DNA of 5,182 nucleotides from a virus (Duplodnaviria; Heunggongvirae; Uroviricota; Caudoviricetes): IMG/VR virus record IMGVR_UViG_2529293215_000005; one strand, 5' to 3'. Shown piece by piece: positions 4,989 to 5,182 of this stretch (position 1 is its first letter; each line of letters starts with the position of its first letter). The notes under the pieces were generated by a model. It saw only the letters and a program-made list of their open reading frames with translations, ran no database searches and was not told where the DNA came from. The position numbers and the translations under genes were made by a program.

Positions 4989-5182
4989 ATGAGTACAGCA
5001 CTCGCAACGCTGGCAGGGAAGCTGGCTGAACGTGTCGGCATGGATTCTGTCGACCCACAGGAACTGATCACCACTCTTCGCCAGACGGCATTTAAAGGTG
5101 ATGCCAGCGATGCGCAGTTCATCGCATTGTTGATCGTCGCCAACCAGTACGGCCTTAATCCGTGGACGAAAGAAATTTACGC
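4989..5182 (+). CDS. bet: Bet (Red-beta single-strand annealing recombinase), 5' part only; continues beyond the window
   Basis: The ATG is 5 nt after the gam stop. Translation is MSTALATLAGKLAERVGMDSVDPQELITTLRQTAFKGDASDAQFIALLIVANQYGLNPWTKEIY, which matches the lambda Bet N-terminus from memory. Confidence 0.9.
   Translation, partial: MSTALATLAGKLAERVGMDSVDPQELITTLRQTAFKGDASDAQFIALLIVANQYGLNPWTKEIY

Noticed and set aside
4715..5143. ORFs 4715-5029 (+) and 4871-5143 (-)
   Set aside because: These are alternative-frame and antisense shadows of gam and bet.
1..5182. Search for CRISPR arrays, tRNA genes, IS elements or attachment-site repeats
   Set aside because: No spaced direct repeats, tRNA-like structures or terminal inverted repeats with transposase were seen; only the local dyad symmetries listed above.

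Overview
This window is the early-left and immunity region of a lambdoid prophage of an enterobacterial host, read here so that the lambda pL operon runs on the + strand. All identifications are from reading the sequence and recalling protein families; no database search was run. Gene order is: cII-like (-), nutR, cro-like (-), divergent operator/promoter region, cI repressor (+), terminator, a 173-aa cargo ORF in the slot where lambda carries rexA-rexB, a long untranslated tail ending in a strong terminator, a pL-like promoter, nutL, an N-type antiterminator, an unknown 83-aa ORF where lambda has ral, then lambda-type ea10, cIII, kil, gam and the start of bet. The region is mosaic: ea10 through bet and the cI C-terminal domain match lambda as I recall it, whereas the cI DNA-binding domain, cro, the nut sites, N and the two unknown ORFs do not. 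The most interesting candidate for an undescribed system is the 173-aa ORF (1880-2401), which is insulated by terminators in the rex-equivalent slot, a recognised hotspot for prophage-encoded anti-phage or superinfection-exclusion cargo. No tRNA, rRNA, CRISPR array or IS element was seen.
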